Origin: Candidatus Nanopelagicales bacterium
Lineage (GTDB): Bacteria; Actinomycetota; Actinomycetes; S36-B12; UBA5976
NCBI GenBank assembly: GCA_030157865.1
Contig: JAOATY010000010.1
Location: 3,987 to 67,986 of the forward strand
Direction of reading: 5' to 3'
DNA length: 64,000 nucleotides
Position 1 is the stretch's first letter. Each line of letters starts with the position of its first letter. Shown here in pieces: positions 48,781-58,372 of the stretch. Both the position numbers and the translations under genes were made by a program. Below the pieces are notes generated by a model. The model worked only from the letters and a program-made list of their open reading frames with translations, was not told the origin of the DNA and searched no databases.

Positions 48781-50121
48781 TTAACCGTTAATGCGGATTA
48801 GCTTCTTGTTTAGGAATTCTTCGATACCTAAAGGACCAAGTTCGCGGCCAAAGCCGGAACGCTTAGTACCGCCGAATGGAAGTTCCGGAGCATCCATACC
48901 GACACCGTTGACGTAAACCATTCCGGTGTCTAGAGCATCAGCAACACGAAGCGCTTGCTTGTCGTCTGTTGTGAATAGGTATGAACCCAAACCAAACGGT
49001 GAATCGTTAGCGATACGAATTGCATCAGCTTCATCCTTAGCGCGATGAATCTGGGCAACTGGACCGAATAGTTCCTCGCGGAAGATTTCGTTATCAGTAG
49101 ATACGTCGGTTAGAACGCCGGCTGGGAAGAACGCACCGTTACGATCGCCAGCGCTAACCAACTTCGCACCCTGCTTAACTGCGCGATTAACTTGCTCTTC
49201 AAGGATTTCGGCAGCGCGAACTGAGCTAAGTGGGCTGGAGATTTCAGCATCCATCATTGCAGTGGTGAACTTATCCAAGAATTCGTCATAAAGACTGTCT
49301 ATGACGACCATGCGCTTTGCAGCGTTGCATGCCTGACCAGTGTTATCGATACGTGCAAAGACTGCTGATTCAACAACAGCATCCATGTCGTTTGTGCTCA
49401 ACAGAATAAATGCATCGGAACCACCAAGTTCGAGTACGCACTTCTTTAGGTGACGTCCTGCAATTTCTGCAACAGCAGCGCCAGCGCGTTCGGAGCCAGT
49501 TAGAGAAACACCACGAACCGCAGGATGCGGGATCATGTCTGCAATTTGTTCATTCGATGCAAAGAGATTTACATAAACACCTTCAGGTGCGCCAGCGTCT
49601 GCAAAAATCTTGGCAATTGCAAGTGCAGACTCAGGGCACTGTGGAGCGTGCTTCAAAATTACGGTGTTACCAGCAACTAAGTTTGGTCCGGCAAAACGAG
49701 CGACCTGGTAAGCCGGGAAGTTCCACGGCATGATGCCAAGCAATGCGCCAACAGATGACTTGCGGATTACTGCAGAGCCTTCGCCGCCTGAAAGTTCAAT
49801 TGGCATGTCAGCAAGCAGCGCAGCTGCGTTGTCTGCGTAGTACTGGTAGATGAATCCGGAGAATTCAACTTCGCCTGCAGCATCGGCTAATGGCTTTCCC
49901 ATTTCGCGATTGATGATCGCAGCTAGTTCATCCTGGCGATCAATATGAAGTTGGCCAATGCGGTGAACAATTGCAGCTCGCTCGGCAACTGGAACTTTGC
50001 TCCAAGCCTTATGGGCGTTGTCTGCGGCGACAATTGCTTCGTTGCACTGGGCATCGGTAGCGGTAGCGAATTCTTGTTCAACTACGCCGGTTGCCGGGTT
50101 AAGAACTTGGTATTGGCTCAT
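48781..50121 (-). CDS. NAD(P)-dependent succinate/glutarate-semialdehyde dehydrogenase (GabD/Sad type)
   Basis: IMPWNFP, LKHA, LTGSERAG, LELGGSD, GQAC, EELFGP, PFGG.KRSGFGRELG. Confidence 0.9.
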   Translation of the reverse strand: MSQYQVLNPATGVVEQEFATATDAQCNEAIVAADNAHKAWSKVPVAERAAIVHRIGQLHIDRQDELAAIINREMGKPLADAAGEVEFSGFIYQYYADNAAALLADMPIELSGGEGSAVIRKSSVGALLGIMPWNFPAYQVARFAGPNLVAGNTVILKHAPQCPESALAIAKIFADAGAPEGVYVNLFASNEQIADMIPHPAVRGVSLTGSERAGAAVAEIAGRHLKKCVLELGGSDAFILLSTNDMDAVVESAVFARIDNTGQACNAAKRMVVIDSLYDEFLDKFTTAMMDAEISSPLSSVRAAEILEEQVNRAVKQGAKLVSAGDRNGAFFPAGVLTDVSTDNEIFREELFGPVAQIHRAKDEADAIRIANDSPFGLGSYLFTTDDKQALRVADALDTGMVYVNGVGMDAPELPFGGTKRSGFGRELGPLGIEEFLNKKLIRING

Positions 50122-50238
50122 GGGATCTTCCTTTTTAAAGACTGCCCTGGTTAGTGACAGTTTGGTTTAACGACTGTTGGGTCTGGATGATTCATTAAAC
50201 AATACCCAAGGAATACCCCTGCTGTCAGGGGCTTTTTT

Positions 50239-50337
50239 GCGATTTCTTGACCAAAATCTCTCAAAACCTGCGAAATTCGCATCAATTTTCGGGAAATCCT
50301 GCGAAATCGCTTGTTTTTCCTACGAAAACCCTTGAAA
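50239..50337 (+). promoter_or_regulatory. Putative Lrp/AsnC operator array with phased A-tracts
   Basis: GCGATTTC 50239, GCGAAATTCGC 50270, GCGAAATCGC 50301, ACGAAAACC 50322 (31/31/21-bp spacing); A/T tracts every ~10 bp. Confidence 0.45.
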
Positions 50338-50345
50338 CTAGATAC

Positions 50346-50804
50346 ATGTCTAAAGTTGCCGTGCTCGACGATGTTTCAAAAGCAATCATTGAGCAACTTC
50401 AGCAAGACGGTCGACGTCCTTACGCCACTATCGGTAAGGCAGTTGGGCTATCTGAAGCTGCAGTACGTCAGCGGGTTAGCAAACTTCTGGAAACCGGAGT
50501 TATGCAGATCGTTGCCGTTACGGATCCACTTCAAGTTGGTTTTAATCGCGAAGCGATGATCGGCATCGAAGTAGATGGAGACATGGAAGCCGTCGCCGAC
50601 GTGCTTTCTCAAATGGATGAGATCAGCTACATCATCCTGACAGCAGGCAGCTTCGACATCATCCTTGAAGTTGTTTGTGAAGACGACGAAGCACTTCTTG
50701 AAGTGATCAATCGTAAGATCCGTGCGATTCCCGGGGTCCGCCGCACGGAAACATTCATGTATTTGAAACTGCGCAAGCAGAGTTATACATGGGGAACCCG
50801 CTAA
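50346..50804 (+). CDS. Lrp/AsnC-family transcriptional regulator
   Basis: LDDVSKAIIEQLQQDGRRPY..IGKAVGLSEAAVRQRV, TAGSFD, GV..TET; start trimmed to 50346. Confidence 0.95.
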   Translation: MSKVAVLDDVSKAIIEQLQQDGRRPYATIGKAVGLSEAAVRQRVSKLLETGVMQIVAVTDPLQVGFNREAMIGIEVDGDMEAVADVLSQMDEISYIILTAGSFDIILEVVCEDDEALLEVINRKIRAIPGVRRTETFMYLKLRKQSYTWGTR

Positions 50805-50823
50805 CTAAAACATTGGATACGTA

Positions 50824-52212
50824 ATGACAGCACTAGAAGATAGAACAACAAACTCTGCAACATCAGACATGGCGCGCGATCGGCTATGGATGCACTTCAC
50901 TCGTCACTCCACATACGAAAACGGTGGCGAAGTTCCGATCATCACTCGTGGTGAAGGTGCATACATCTACGACGAACAAGGTCGTAAGTACCTTGACGGT
51001 CTAGCCGGTTTATTCACAGTTCAGATTGGCCACGGCCGTCGCGAACTTGCTGAAGCCGCAGCCAAGCAGATGCAGGAACTCTCCTTCTTCCCACTTTGGT
51101 CCTATGCCCATCCAAAGGCAGTTGAACTTGCTGAGCGCCTAATCAGTTACGCGCCGTCTTCGTTGAACCGCGTCTTCTTCACTACAGGTGGTGGCGAAGC
51201 CGTTGAGTCAGCTTGGAAAGCAGCAAAGATGTATTACAAGCTAACTGGCCGCCCGATGAAGCATAAAGTCATCAGCCGTGCAGTTGCTTATCACGGCACA
51301 CCTCAAGGTGCTTTGGCTATCACTGGTATTCCAGATGCCAAGAAGTACTTCGAACCATTAACTCCAGGTGGTTTCCGCGTACCGAACACAAACTTCTACC
51401 GCGCTGAATATCACCAAGACGACATCAAGGCATTCGGTCGCTGGGCTGCAGATCGCATCGAAGAGGCAATTCTTTTCGAAGGCGCTGACACAGTTGCTGC
51501 GGTATTCCTTGAGCCAGTTCAAAACTCGGGTGGATGTTTCCCACCACCACCGGGATACCTAGAGCGCGTGCGCGAAATTTGCGATCAGTACGACGTATTG
51601 ATGGTTGCAGATGAAACTATCTGTGCTTTCGGTCGTATTGGTGACATGTTTGCAATGAAGCGTTTCGGTGTTGATCCAGACATCATTACAACAGCAAAGG
51701 GTATGACTTCGGGCTACTCCCCAATCGGCGCAATGCTTGTTGGCGACAAGGTGTTCGAACCATTCAAGAAGGGCAACACATACTTCGCACATGGTTACAC
51801 CTTTGGTGGTCACCCAGTTTCAGCTGCTGTTGCTTTGGCAAACCTTGATATCTTCGACAAAGAAGGCATCAACCAGCACGTACGTGACAACGAAAACCAA
51901 TTCCGTCAGACTCTTGAAAAACTTAAGAATCTTGACATTGTTGGTGACGTTCGTGGCGAAGGCTTCTTCTATGGCATTGAACTTGTTAAGGACAAGGCCA
52001 CTAAGGAATCCTTCAACGATGATGAGTGCGAGCGTTTGCTTCGTGGCTACCTATCTAAGGCGTTGTTCGAGAATGGCTTGTATTGCCGCGCCGACGATCG
52101 TGGCGACCCGGTAATCCAGCTTGCTCCGCCACTAATTTGTGGTCAAGAGCAGTTCGATGAGATGGAGCAAATCTTGCGTCACGTTCTTACTGAAGGACAA
52201 AAGATTCTCTAA
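50824..52212 (+). CDS. Class III PLP aminotransferase (omega-amine/putrescine type)
   Basis: LWMHFT, YLDGLAG, GGEAVE, YHG, EPVQ, DETICAFGR, AKGMTSGY, HGYTFGGHP. Confidence 0.92.
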   Translation: MTALEDRTTNSATSDMARDRLWMHFTRHSTYENGGEVPIITRGEGAYIYDEQGRKYLDGLAGLFTVQIGHGRRELAEAAAKQMQELSFFPLWSYAHPKAVELAERLISYAPSSLNRVFFTTGGGEAVESAWKAAKMYYKLTGRPMKHKVISRAVAYHGTPQGALAITGIPDAKKYFEPLTPGGFRVPNTNFYRAEYHQDDIKAFGRWAADRIEEAILFEGADTVAAVFLEPVQNSGGCFPPPPGYLERVREICDQYDVLMVADETICAFGRIGDMFAMKRFGVDPDIITTAKGMTSGYSPIGAMLVGDKVFEPFKKGNTYFAHGYTFGGHPVSAAVALANLDIFDKEGINQHVRDNENQFRQTLEKLKNLDIVGDVRGEGFFYGIELVKDKATKESFNDDECERLLRGYLSKALFENGLYCRADDRGDPVIQLAPPLICGQEQFDEMEQILRHVLTEGQKIL

Positions 52213-52230
52213 TGACCGGCATCTCTAAAA

Positions 52231-52896
52231 ATGACTAGCCCAGTAGGAGCGACGGACCGAACTTCGGTCCGTCGCTTTCCTGAAAAAGCGGTTAAAGATC
52301 GCTCTGAAGTAAATGCAATTCTTGATGCCGGCTTAGTCGCTCACGTTTCTTGCGTAGTAGATGGCCAACCATTCGTAATGCCAGTTGGCTACGCCCGTGA
52401 TGGCGACCGAGTGCTATTTCATGGTTCAACAGCATCAAGGCTCTTTAAGAATCTGGCCGCAGGTCAAGCATGCTGTTTCACCGTCACATTGCTAGATGGC
52501 ATGGTGTTAGCTCGAAGCGCATTTGAATCCAGCATGCACTACCGCTGTGTGATCGCTCTAGGTTCTTGTGTAGTTCTAGAAGGCGATGAAAAAGAAGCTG
52601 CGCTTATCCGAATTACAGATCACTTGCTTCCAGGCCGAACTGACGAAGCGCGTAAGGCTGCGCCAAAAGAATCTAAGGCAACACTTATGCTCGCGCTTAA
52701 TCTCGATGAGGTTTCCTGCAAGGTAAGTGAAGGCGATCCAGATGATGTGCCAAGTGATTTAACAGATCCGATTTACTCAAACATTTGGGCCGGTTACGTT
52801 CCAATGAAGGAAGTTTTTGGCGAACCTGTGGCTGACCCAATGACTACTGAAAAGAACATTCCAACTCCCGACTACATCAAAAAGTGGAAGCGCTAA
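52231..52896 (+). CDS. Pyridoxamine 5'-phosphate oxidase-like flavin-binding protein
   Basis: ILDAG..AHV, HGSTASR, DGMVLARSAFESSMHYR, WAG.VP. Confidence 0.88.
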   Translation: MTSPVGATDRTSVRRFPEKAVKDRSEVNAILDAGLVAHVSCVVDGQPFVMPVGYARDGDRVLFHGSTASRLFKNLAAGQACCFTVTLLDGMVLARSAFESSMHYRCVIALGSCVVLEGDEKEAALIRITDHLLPGRTDEARKAAPKESKATLMLALNLDEVSCKVSEGDPDDVPSDLTDPIYSNIWAGYVPMKEVFGEPVADPMTTEKNIPTPDYIKKWKR

Positions 52897-52911
52897 CAAG
52901 AAAGCAAAACA

Positions 52912-54294
52912 ATGACTGACTATCGATCAAAGTCTTTATGGTGGAATACCTTGCCAGAAGAGTTGGCTACTTCCTCTCGCTATGCACTGCATTCTGACAT
53001 CGATGTTGACGTAGCAATTGTTGGCGCTGGTTACACCGGACTTTGGACGGCTTACTACTTACAACAGCGCGACCCAAATCTAAACATTGCAATCATTGAT
53101 GCAGAAGTTGCAGGTTATGGAGCTTCTGGTCGTAACGGTGGTTGGTGTTCGGCTTACTTCCCTACCGAGATCGACAAACTAGGTCGCATCCATGGCCGCG
53201 AATCAGCTCGCGCTATGCAAGATGCCATGCATGACACCGTGACTGAAATTGAAAATGTTGTAAAGGCTGAAGGCATTGATTGCGAATGGCAGCGCGGTGG
53301 AACAATTTCATTTGCTCGCACACCTTTGCAATGGCAACGAGCCCAGGATTACATTCACCATTGGGAGCAATGGGGATACGGCGCTGAGCATTACGCATTG
53401 TTAAGTGCAGGCGAAGCCAAAGAGCGCGCCCAAGCAACAAATCTCTTCGGCGCAACTTACACACCGCACGTCGCTGCAATCAATCCAGCAAAGTTAGTTC
53501 GCTCACTTGCAAACGTAGTTGAAAAACGTGGCGCAACAATTTATGAACACACAGCGGCAACCAAGATTGAACCTGGCAAGGTAACGACTGATGGTGGCGT
53601 TATCAATGCTCGCTATGTAGTTCGAGCAACTGAGGGTTACACCAAGTCACTTGAAGGCCAAAAGCGAAAGATTGTTCCGATCTATTCCTTGATGATGGCA
53701 ACTGAACCATTGAGTGCAGAAGTTTGGGATCAGATTGGTTTGGCGCAGCGCGAAACTTTTGGTGACTTTAGAAATCTAATCATTTACGGTCAGCGCACAG
53801 CAGATAATCGTTTTGCATTTGGTGGACGTGGTGCTCCGTATCACTTTGGCTCATCGATTAAAGATGAGTACGACCAACACAGCGAAGTTCATCCTGCGCT
53901 ACTAGGCGTACTTGCTGAACTCTTCCCTGTTGTTGCTGGCGCAAAGGTGACACACACATGGGGTGGTCCACTTGGTGTGGCCCGTGACTGGATGGCATCA
54001 GCTGGTATCGATCGCAAAACGGGTCTTGCTTGGGCTGGAGGCTACGTTGGCGATGGCGTTGGAACCACAAACCTTTCTGGGCGAACCCTTGCCGACTTGA
54101 TCACAAACCAAGAGACAGCGTTGACCAAACTTCCTTGGGTCAATCACAAGTCCCCTAACTGGGAAGTTGAACCACTTCGGTGGATTGGTGCCAACGCTGG
54201 ACTTCAAATCATGTCTCGGGCCGATCACGCAGAAGACAAAACTGGTAAACCCTCAAAACTTGCGGGCGTAGTTTCAAAACTCTTAGGACAGTAA
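52912..54294 (+). CDS. FAD-dependent amine oxidoreductase (PuuB/DadA-like), second paralogue
   Basis: VGAGYTGLW, GASGRNGGW, RATEGY, YGQRTADNR.AFGGRG, WGGPLG, GYVGDGV. Confidence 0.88.
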   Translation: MTDYRSKSLWWNTLPEELATSSRYALHSDIDVDVAIVGAGYTGLWTAYYLQQRDPNLNIAIIDAEVAGYGASGRNGGWCSAYFPTEIDKLGRIHGRESARAMQDAMHDTVTEIENVVKAEGIDCEWQRGGTISFARTPLQWQRAQDYIHHWEQWGYGAEHYALLSAGEAKERAQATNLFGATYTPHVAAINPAKLVRSLANVVEKRGATIYEHTAATKIEPGKVTTDGGVINARYVVRATEGYTKSLEGQKRKIVPIYSLMMATEPLSAEVWDQIGLAQRETFGDFRNLIIYGQRTADNRFAFGGRGAPYHFGSSIKDEYDQHSEVHPALLGVLAELFPVVAGAKVTHTWGGPLGVARDWMASAGIDRKTGLAWAGGYVGDGVGTTNLSGRTLADLITNQETALTKLPWVNHKSPNWEVEPLRWIGANAGLQIMSRADHAEDKTGKPSKLAGVVSKLLGQ

Positions 54295-54297
54295 TTC

Positions 54298-55134
54298 ATG
54301 ACCGCGATTGTGTTGGCACTAATCTGCGCCGTTAGTTATGGTGTTGCCGATTTTTGGGGCGGCCTGGCAACTCGTCGTGGATCGATTTGGAAAGTATTGC
54401 CAGTAATCGTTGCTACTGGAATCGTCACACTTGGACTCGCAGTTCCATTCTTTGGCGCAACTTTCAGTCAAGGCGCTATCTTGGCCGGTGTTGCAGCCGG
54501 ACTTTCCGGAACCATCGGATACATCTTCATCATGTACGGCTTAGCACTTGGGCCTATGAGTGTGGTTGCACCTATCTCTGCAGTAATCGGTGCGATCATT
54601 CCATTCGCTGTTGGCTTTCTGCGTGGCGAAACACTTTCAACTGTCGGATTCATTGGCGCTGGCTTAGCTTTTGTATCCATTGTTTTAGTTAGTCGTTCAA
54701 CGGCTGATGCCACTCACCCAGTAACCGCTAAAGCAGTGATCGTCGCAATCATCGCGGGCCTTGGTATCGCAGGTTACTTACTCGGCATTAGCGGTGGACC
54801 AGATGACAGCGGACTTGCTCCAGTAATTATTGGCCGATTAGTTACTGGCGGAATCTTTGTGATGATCGCCATCGCTAAGTGGAAGACAATCCGCGAAGGT
54901 GCCATTGATTACAAGCTTGCTATCGCATCTGGTGCGCTAGATGTTGTAGGTGGCGCAACCTTCATGATGGCCACCCGTGCCGGTGACTTGGTTTTAGTAG
55001 CAGTCGTCGCAGCTTTGTATCCAGCATTCACCGTTTTGCTTGCTCGTTTTGTATTGCACGAGCGCATGGAACGCCATCAATTGATTGGCTTGTTTAGCGC
55101 TGGTGCTGCTGTCGTCTTACTTGCAACTAGCTAA
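54298..55134 (+). CDS. EamA/DMT family transporter
   Basis: ~10 TM helices, YGVADFWGG, GPMSVVAP, ALYPAFTVLLARFVLHER. Confidence 0.9.
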   Translation: MTAIVLALICAVSYGVADFWGGLATRRGSIWKVLPVIVATGIVTLGLAVPFFGATFSQGAILAGVAAGLSGTIGYIFIMYGLALGPMSVVAPISAVIGAIIPFAVGFLRGETLSTVGFIGAGLAFVSIVLVSRSTADATHPVTAKAVIVAIIAGLGIAGYLLGISGGPDDSGLAPVIIGRLVTGGIFVMIAIAKWKTIREGAIDYKLAIASGALDVVGGATFMMATRAGDLVLVAVVAALYPAFTVLLARFVLHERMERHQLIGLFSAGAAVVLLATS

Positions 55135-55153
55135 GCCATAGACTCGAAGTCTT

Positions 55154-55990
55154 ATGTCAGCCATCCTGCTCGCCTTTGCTTGCGCTCTTGCGTATGGCTT
55201 CGGTGATTACTTTGGCGGACTTGCAACACGGACTAGTCCGCTCTTCAAAGTTCTGCCAATCACAGTTGGTACAGGCCTAGCATCACTTTTGATTGCTGCA
55301 CCGCTCTTAGGCGCAGACTTTAATCGAGAAGCAGTCATTGCCGGTTTGTTTGCCGGCACATCCGGCATCGTTGGTTACATCTTTGTTCTTAAGTCTCTTG
55401 GACTTGGTCCAATGGGCGCAGTTGCTCCAATCACAGCTTTGGTTGCTGTGATCATTCCATTTAGCGTTGGATTATTTCGTGGCGAACGATTGACTGTAAC
55501 TGGGTCAATCGGTGCCTTGTTAGCTATGGCATCGATTGTGCTTGTGAGTCGATCAACCGTTGATGCCACTCACCCACTAACTAAAACGGCAGCCAGCTAT
55601 GCCGTCCTTGGTGGATTTGGTTTCGCCGGATTCTTGTTAAGTGTTGGTAGCGCTCCAGTTGGTTCTGGGTTATCTCCAGTGATTACAGCTCGATCCTTAA
55701 CTATGGTGATTTTCTGCATCACGGCTTTGGTGCTTTGGAAGTCAATGGCAGGCAAGCCAGTCGACACTAAACGAGCCATGGCCTCTGGCGCTTTAGATGT
55801 TTGGGGTGGCACCACCTTCATGCTGGCGGCTCAGCGCGGACAGCTTGTGATCATCTCGGTAATCGCTGCGCTTTATCCAGCAATCACGGTTCTGTTGGCT
55901 CGAATCTTCCTCAAGGAACGCTTAGAGCGCCACCAGGTTGTTGGGCTTTACGGAGCGGGTATCGCCATCGTCTTATTGACGATTTCCTAG
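55154..55990 (+). CDS. EamA/DMT family transporter (tandem paralogue)
   Basis: Same 278-aa length and motifs as the upstream gene (SIVLVSRST.DATHP; ALYPA.TVLLAR..L.ER.ERHQ). Confidence 0.9.
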   Translation: MSAILLAFACALAYGFGDYFGGLATRTSPLFKVLPITVGTGLASLLIAAPLLGADFNREAVIAGLFAGTSGIVGYIFVLKSLGLGPMGAVAPITALVAVIIPFSVGLFRGERLTVTGSIGALLAMASIVLVSRSTVDATHPLTKTAASYAVLGGFGFAGFLLSVGSAPVGSGLSPVITARSLTMVIFCITALVLWKSMAGKPVDTKRAMASGALDVWGGTTFMLAAQRGQLVIISVIAALYPAITVLLARIFLKERLERHQVVGLYGAGIAIVLLTIS

Positions 55991-56027
55991 TAAATTAGGG
56001 ACCAATCGCCTACTGAGGGTGATTGAA

Positions 56028-56062
56028 GATTGGATCCAATCTGTGATAAATTGGATCCAATT
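56028..56062. promoter_or_regulatory. Tandem palindromic operator, GntR/FadR-like
   Basis: GATTGGATCCAATC (56028-41) and AATTGGATCCAATT (56049-62), centres 21 bp apart, over TTGAAG...TAAATT. Confidence 0.7.
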
Positions 56063-56081
56063 CCAAGGATAGGAAAACCCA

Positions 56082-57266
56082 ATGGCAACTCCACAGCATC
56101 CATTCGACCTGTACGCAATCGACAGCCTGTTCAATGACGAACAGCTTGCAATGCGCGATGCAGTCCGTAAATTCGTCGATGACCGCATTAAGCCACACGT
56201 AGGCCAGTGGTTCGAAGATGGCGAGTTCCCTGCCCGTGAGCTGGCAAAGGAAATCGGCCAAATGGGTATGTTCGGTATGCACCTAGAGGGTTATGGCTGT
56301 GCTGGCACAGACGCTACTTCTTATGGTCTTGCTTGCCTTGAACTTGAAGCCGGAGACTCCGGTCTTCGTTCATTCGTATCTGTCCAGGGATCGCTTGCAA
56401 TGTTTGCAATTCACAAGTTTGGTTCCGAAGAGCAGAAGCAAGAATGGTTGCCACGTATGGCAGCTGGCGAAGCAATTGGTTGCTTTGGTCTAACTGAATC
56501 TGATGCTGGCTCAAACCCTAGTGAAATGCGCACCAACGCTAAGCGTGATGGTGATGACTGGATTCTTAACGGCTCAAAGATGTGGATCACAAACGGAAAC
56601 ATTGCAGATGTTGCAATCGTTTGGGCTCACACCGACAACGGCATCGAAGGCTTCGTAGTTCCAACCAATACCCCAGGCTTCAAGGCCAACTTGGTTAAGC
56701 ACAAGATGTCACTTCGCGCTTCCATCACCAGCGAATTGGTATTCGACAACGTTCGCCTACCTGCCTCTGCTGTACTTCCTGAAGTACAAACACTTCGTGG
56801 CCCACTTTCCTGCTTGTCCGAAGCTCGCTTTGGAATCTTGTTCGGAGTTGTTGGCGCAGCTCGCGATTGCTTGGAAACTGCAATCGATTACCAGTTGAAC
56901 CGCAATCAGTTCAACCGTCCACTTGCCGCCTTCCAGCTGTCACAGCAAAAGATTGCTGACATGGCAATTGCAACCGGTAACGGAATGTTGCTTGCTGCTC
57001 ACCTTGGAAAGCAAAAGGATCAGCACTTGCTTCGTCCTGAGCAGGTCAGCGTTGGCAAGAAGAACAACGTTCGCATGGCTCTTGAAGTTGCCCGCGAATC
57101 CCGCTCAATGCTTGGTGGATCCGGCATCACACTGGAATACCCAATCATTCGCCACATGAATAACTTGGAAAGCGTTTACACCTACGAAGGCACAAACGAA
57201 ATCCACACCTTGGTTGTTGGTCAAGCGCTAACCGGAATTGCTGCTTACGCCGACTACAAGGCCTAA
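56082..57266 (+). CDS. gcdH: Acyl-CoA dehydrogenase, glutaryl-CoA dehydrogenase type
   Basis: DSGLRSFVSVQGSL, CFGLTE, KMWITNG, SLRASIT, EARFGI, NLESVYTYEGT. Confidence 0.8.
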   Translation: MATPQHPFDLYAIDSLFNDEQLAMRDAVRKFVDDRIKPHVGQWFEDGEFPARELAKEIGQMGMFGMHLEGYGCAGTDATSYGLACLELEAGDSGLRSFVSVQGSLAMFAIHKFGSEEQKQEWLPRMAAGEAIGCFGLTESDAGSNPSEMRTNAKRDGDDWILNGSKMWITNGNIADVAIVWAHTDNGIEGFVVPTNTPGFKANLVKHKMSLRASITSELVFDNVRLPASAVLPEVQTLRGPLSCLSEARFGILFGVVGAARDCLETAIDYQLNRNQFNRPLAAFQLSQQKIADMAIATGNGMLLAAHLGKQKDQHLLRPEQVSVGKKNNVRMALEVARESRSMLGGSGITLEYPIIRHMNNLESVYTYEGTNEIHTLVVGQALTGIAAYADYKA

Positions 57267-57273
57267 CTGTCCA

Positions 57274-57311
57274 AATAGAAAAGCCCCCGAGCAATCGGGG
57301 GCTTTTCTATT
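57274..57311. terminator. Bidirectional intrinsic terminator
   Basis: AATAGAAAAGCCCCCGA-gcaa-TCGGGGGCTTTTCTATT between convergent genes. Confidence 0.92.
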
Positions 57312-57315
57312 GAAC

Positions 57316-57600
57316 TTAAATCCAGCGCGTGATCTTGCGTCCCTTTTTATCGGTGAAGTTGCCAGTAATCGAAATGATTACATCGTAAATCCACCAAATT
57401 CCAAGGCCACCGATTGTGAAAAAGAACAGTAAGCCGGTTCCGATTTTGCCTACATAGAAGCGATGAACTGTTGGAAGCAGAATCAAGAATAAAACGATCG
57501 GCAAAATTGTTTTATCGCTGACACTTTGGTCCATGCCTGTTGATCCGTAGACCACTGGGGGCGCGGGTGGAGGCGTAAAGCCTGCGTTGTTGTCTGACAT
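57316..57600 (-). CDS. TM2-domain membrane protein
   Basis: HRFYVGKIGTG...T.GGLGIWW..D...I..G.FTD..G. Confidence 0.88.
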   Translation of the reverse strand: MSDNNAGFTPPPAPPVVYGSTGMDQSVSDKTILPIVLFLILLPTVHRFYVGKIGTGLLFFFTIGGLGIWWIYDVIISITGNFTDKKGRKITRWI

Positions 57601-57608
57601 GTTGCTCC

Positions 57609-58316
57609 TTAAGCGGTTTTTGGTTTACGGGTTAAAGCTTTATCGATACCCCAATAGATGCCAGCGACAATTATTGAGGCAAACAGAATGCCCATCACGA
57701 AGGTCAATACATAGGCATAGCCAAATGAAACAACGTCAAAGAAGTCATATGGGTACTTGCCGATGATTGCGCCACGGAACAAGGTGTAGAAAACGTAAAT
57801 GATTGGTACGACTAAAGCGGCGGCCACATTCTTCAAGGTGAACCAACCACGAGGTCCGGCAATAACAAACACCAGCACAGTGATCAATGGCGTGATGGTG
57901 TGCTGAATTGGGCTTGAGATTTGGTTCAGTCCCTGCGGTGGGTAGTTCGGGCCAAGTAGCAGGTTGTAAACCACGCCGGTAACCGTGATCATCAAGATAC
58001 TGTCGATTCGGAATACTCGGAAAAGCTTGCCATCGCGTGCTGGATTTAAGTAAAGCAGCGTCATTACAACGCCAACCATGATCTGGCTCCAGATTGTGAA
58101 GTAGCTGAACAAATCAATTAAACGCTCGGGGGCTCCTGCAAGCCCAGATTGATAATCGCCAACATGACCAAACAAAGAGGTCACTGGTTCCTTGCCGGTA
58201 TCCAATGGTTCAACGAGCCCAAAGAGTTCGATAAAGGTAGACATACCTAGACCGATCCAGGCACTAAGTGCGTTGATTCCGAATAAGGACTTACGAGTTG
58301 TGGTTGAAAGAGCCAT
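57609..58316 (-). CDS. Pr6Pr/FAR-17a-like membrane protein
   Basis: FSYFTIWS, TGVVYN.LL, H...P, YPY.F.DV. Confidence 0.82.
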   Translation of the reverse strand: MALSTTTRKSLFGINALSAWIGLGMSTFIELFGLVEPLDTGKEPVTSLFGHVGDYQSGLAGAPERLIDLFSYFTIWSQIMVGVVMTLLYLNPARDGKLFRVFRIDSILMITVTGVVYNLLLGPNYPPQGLNQISSPIQHTITPLITVLVFVIAGPRGWFTLKNVAAALVVPIIYVFYTLFRGAIIGKYPYDFFDVVSFGYAYVLTFVMGILFASIIVAGIYWGIDKALTRKPKTA

Positions 58317-58372
58317 GGCTTAACCCTATGACTTAGGCCCTGCCAATCAACGGCTATTTGATTGGATTTCGG

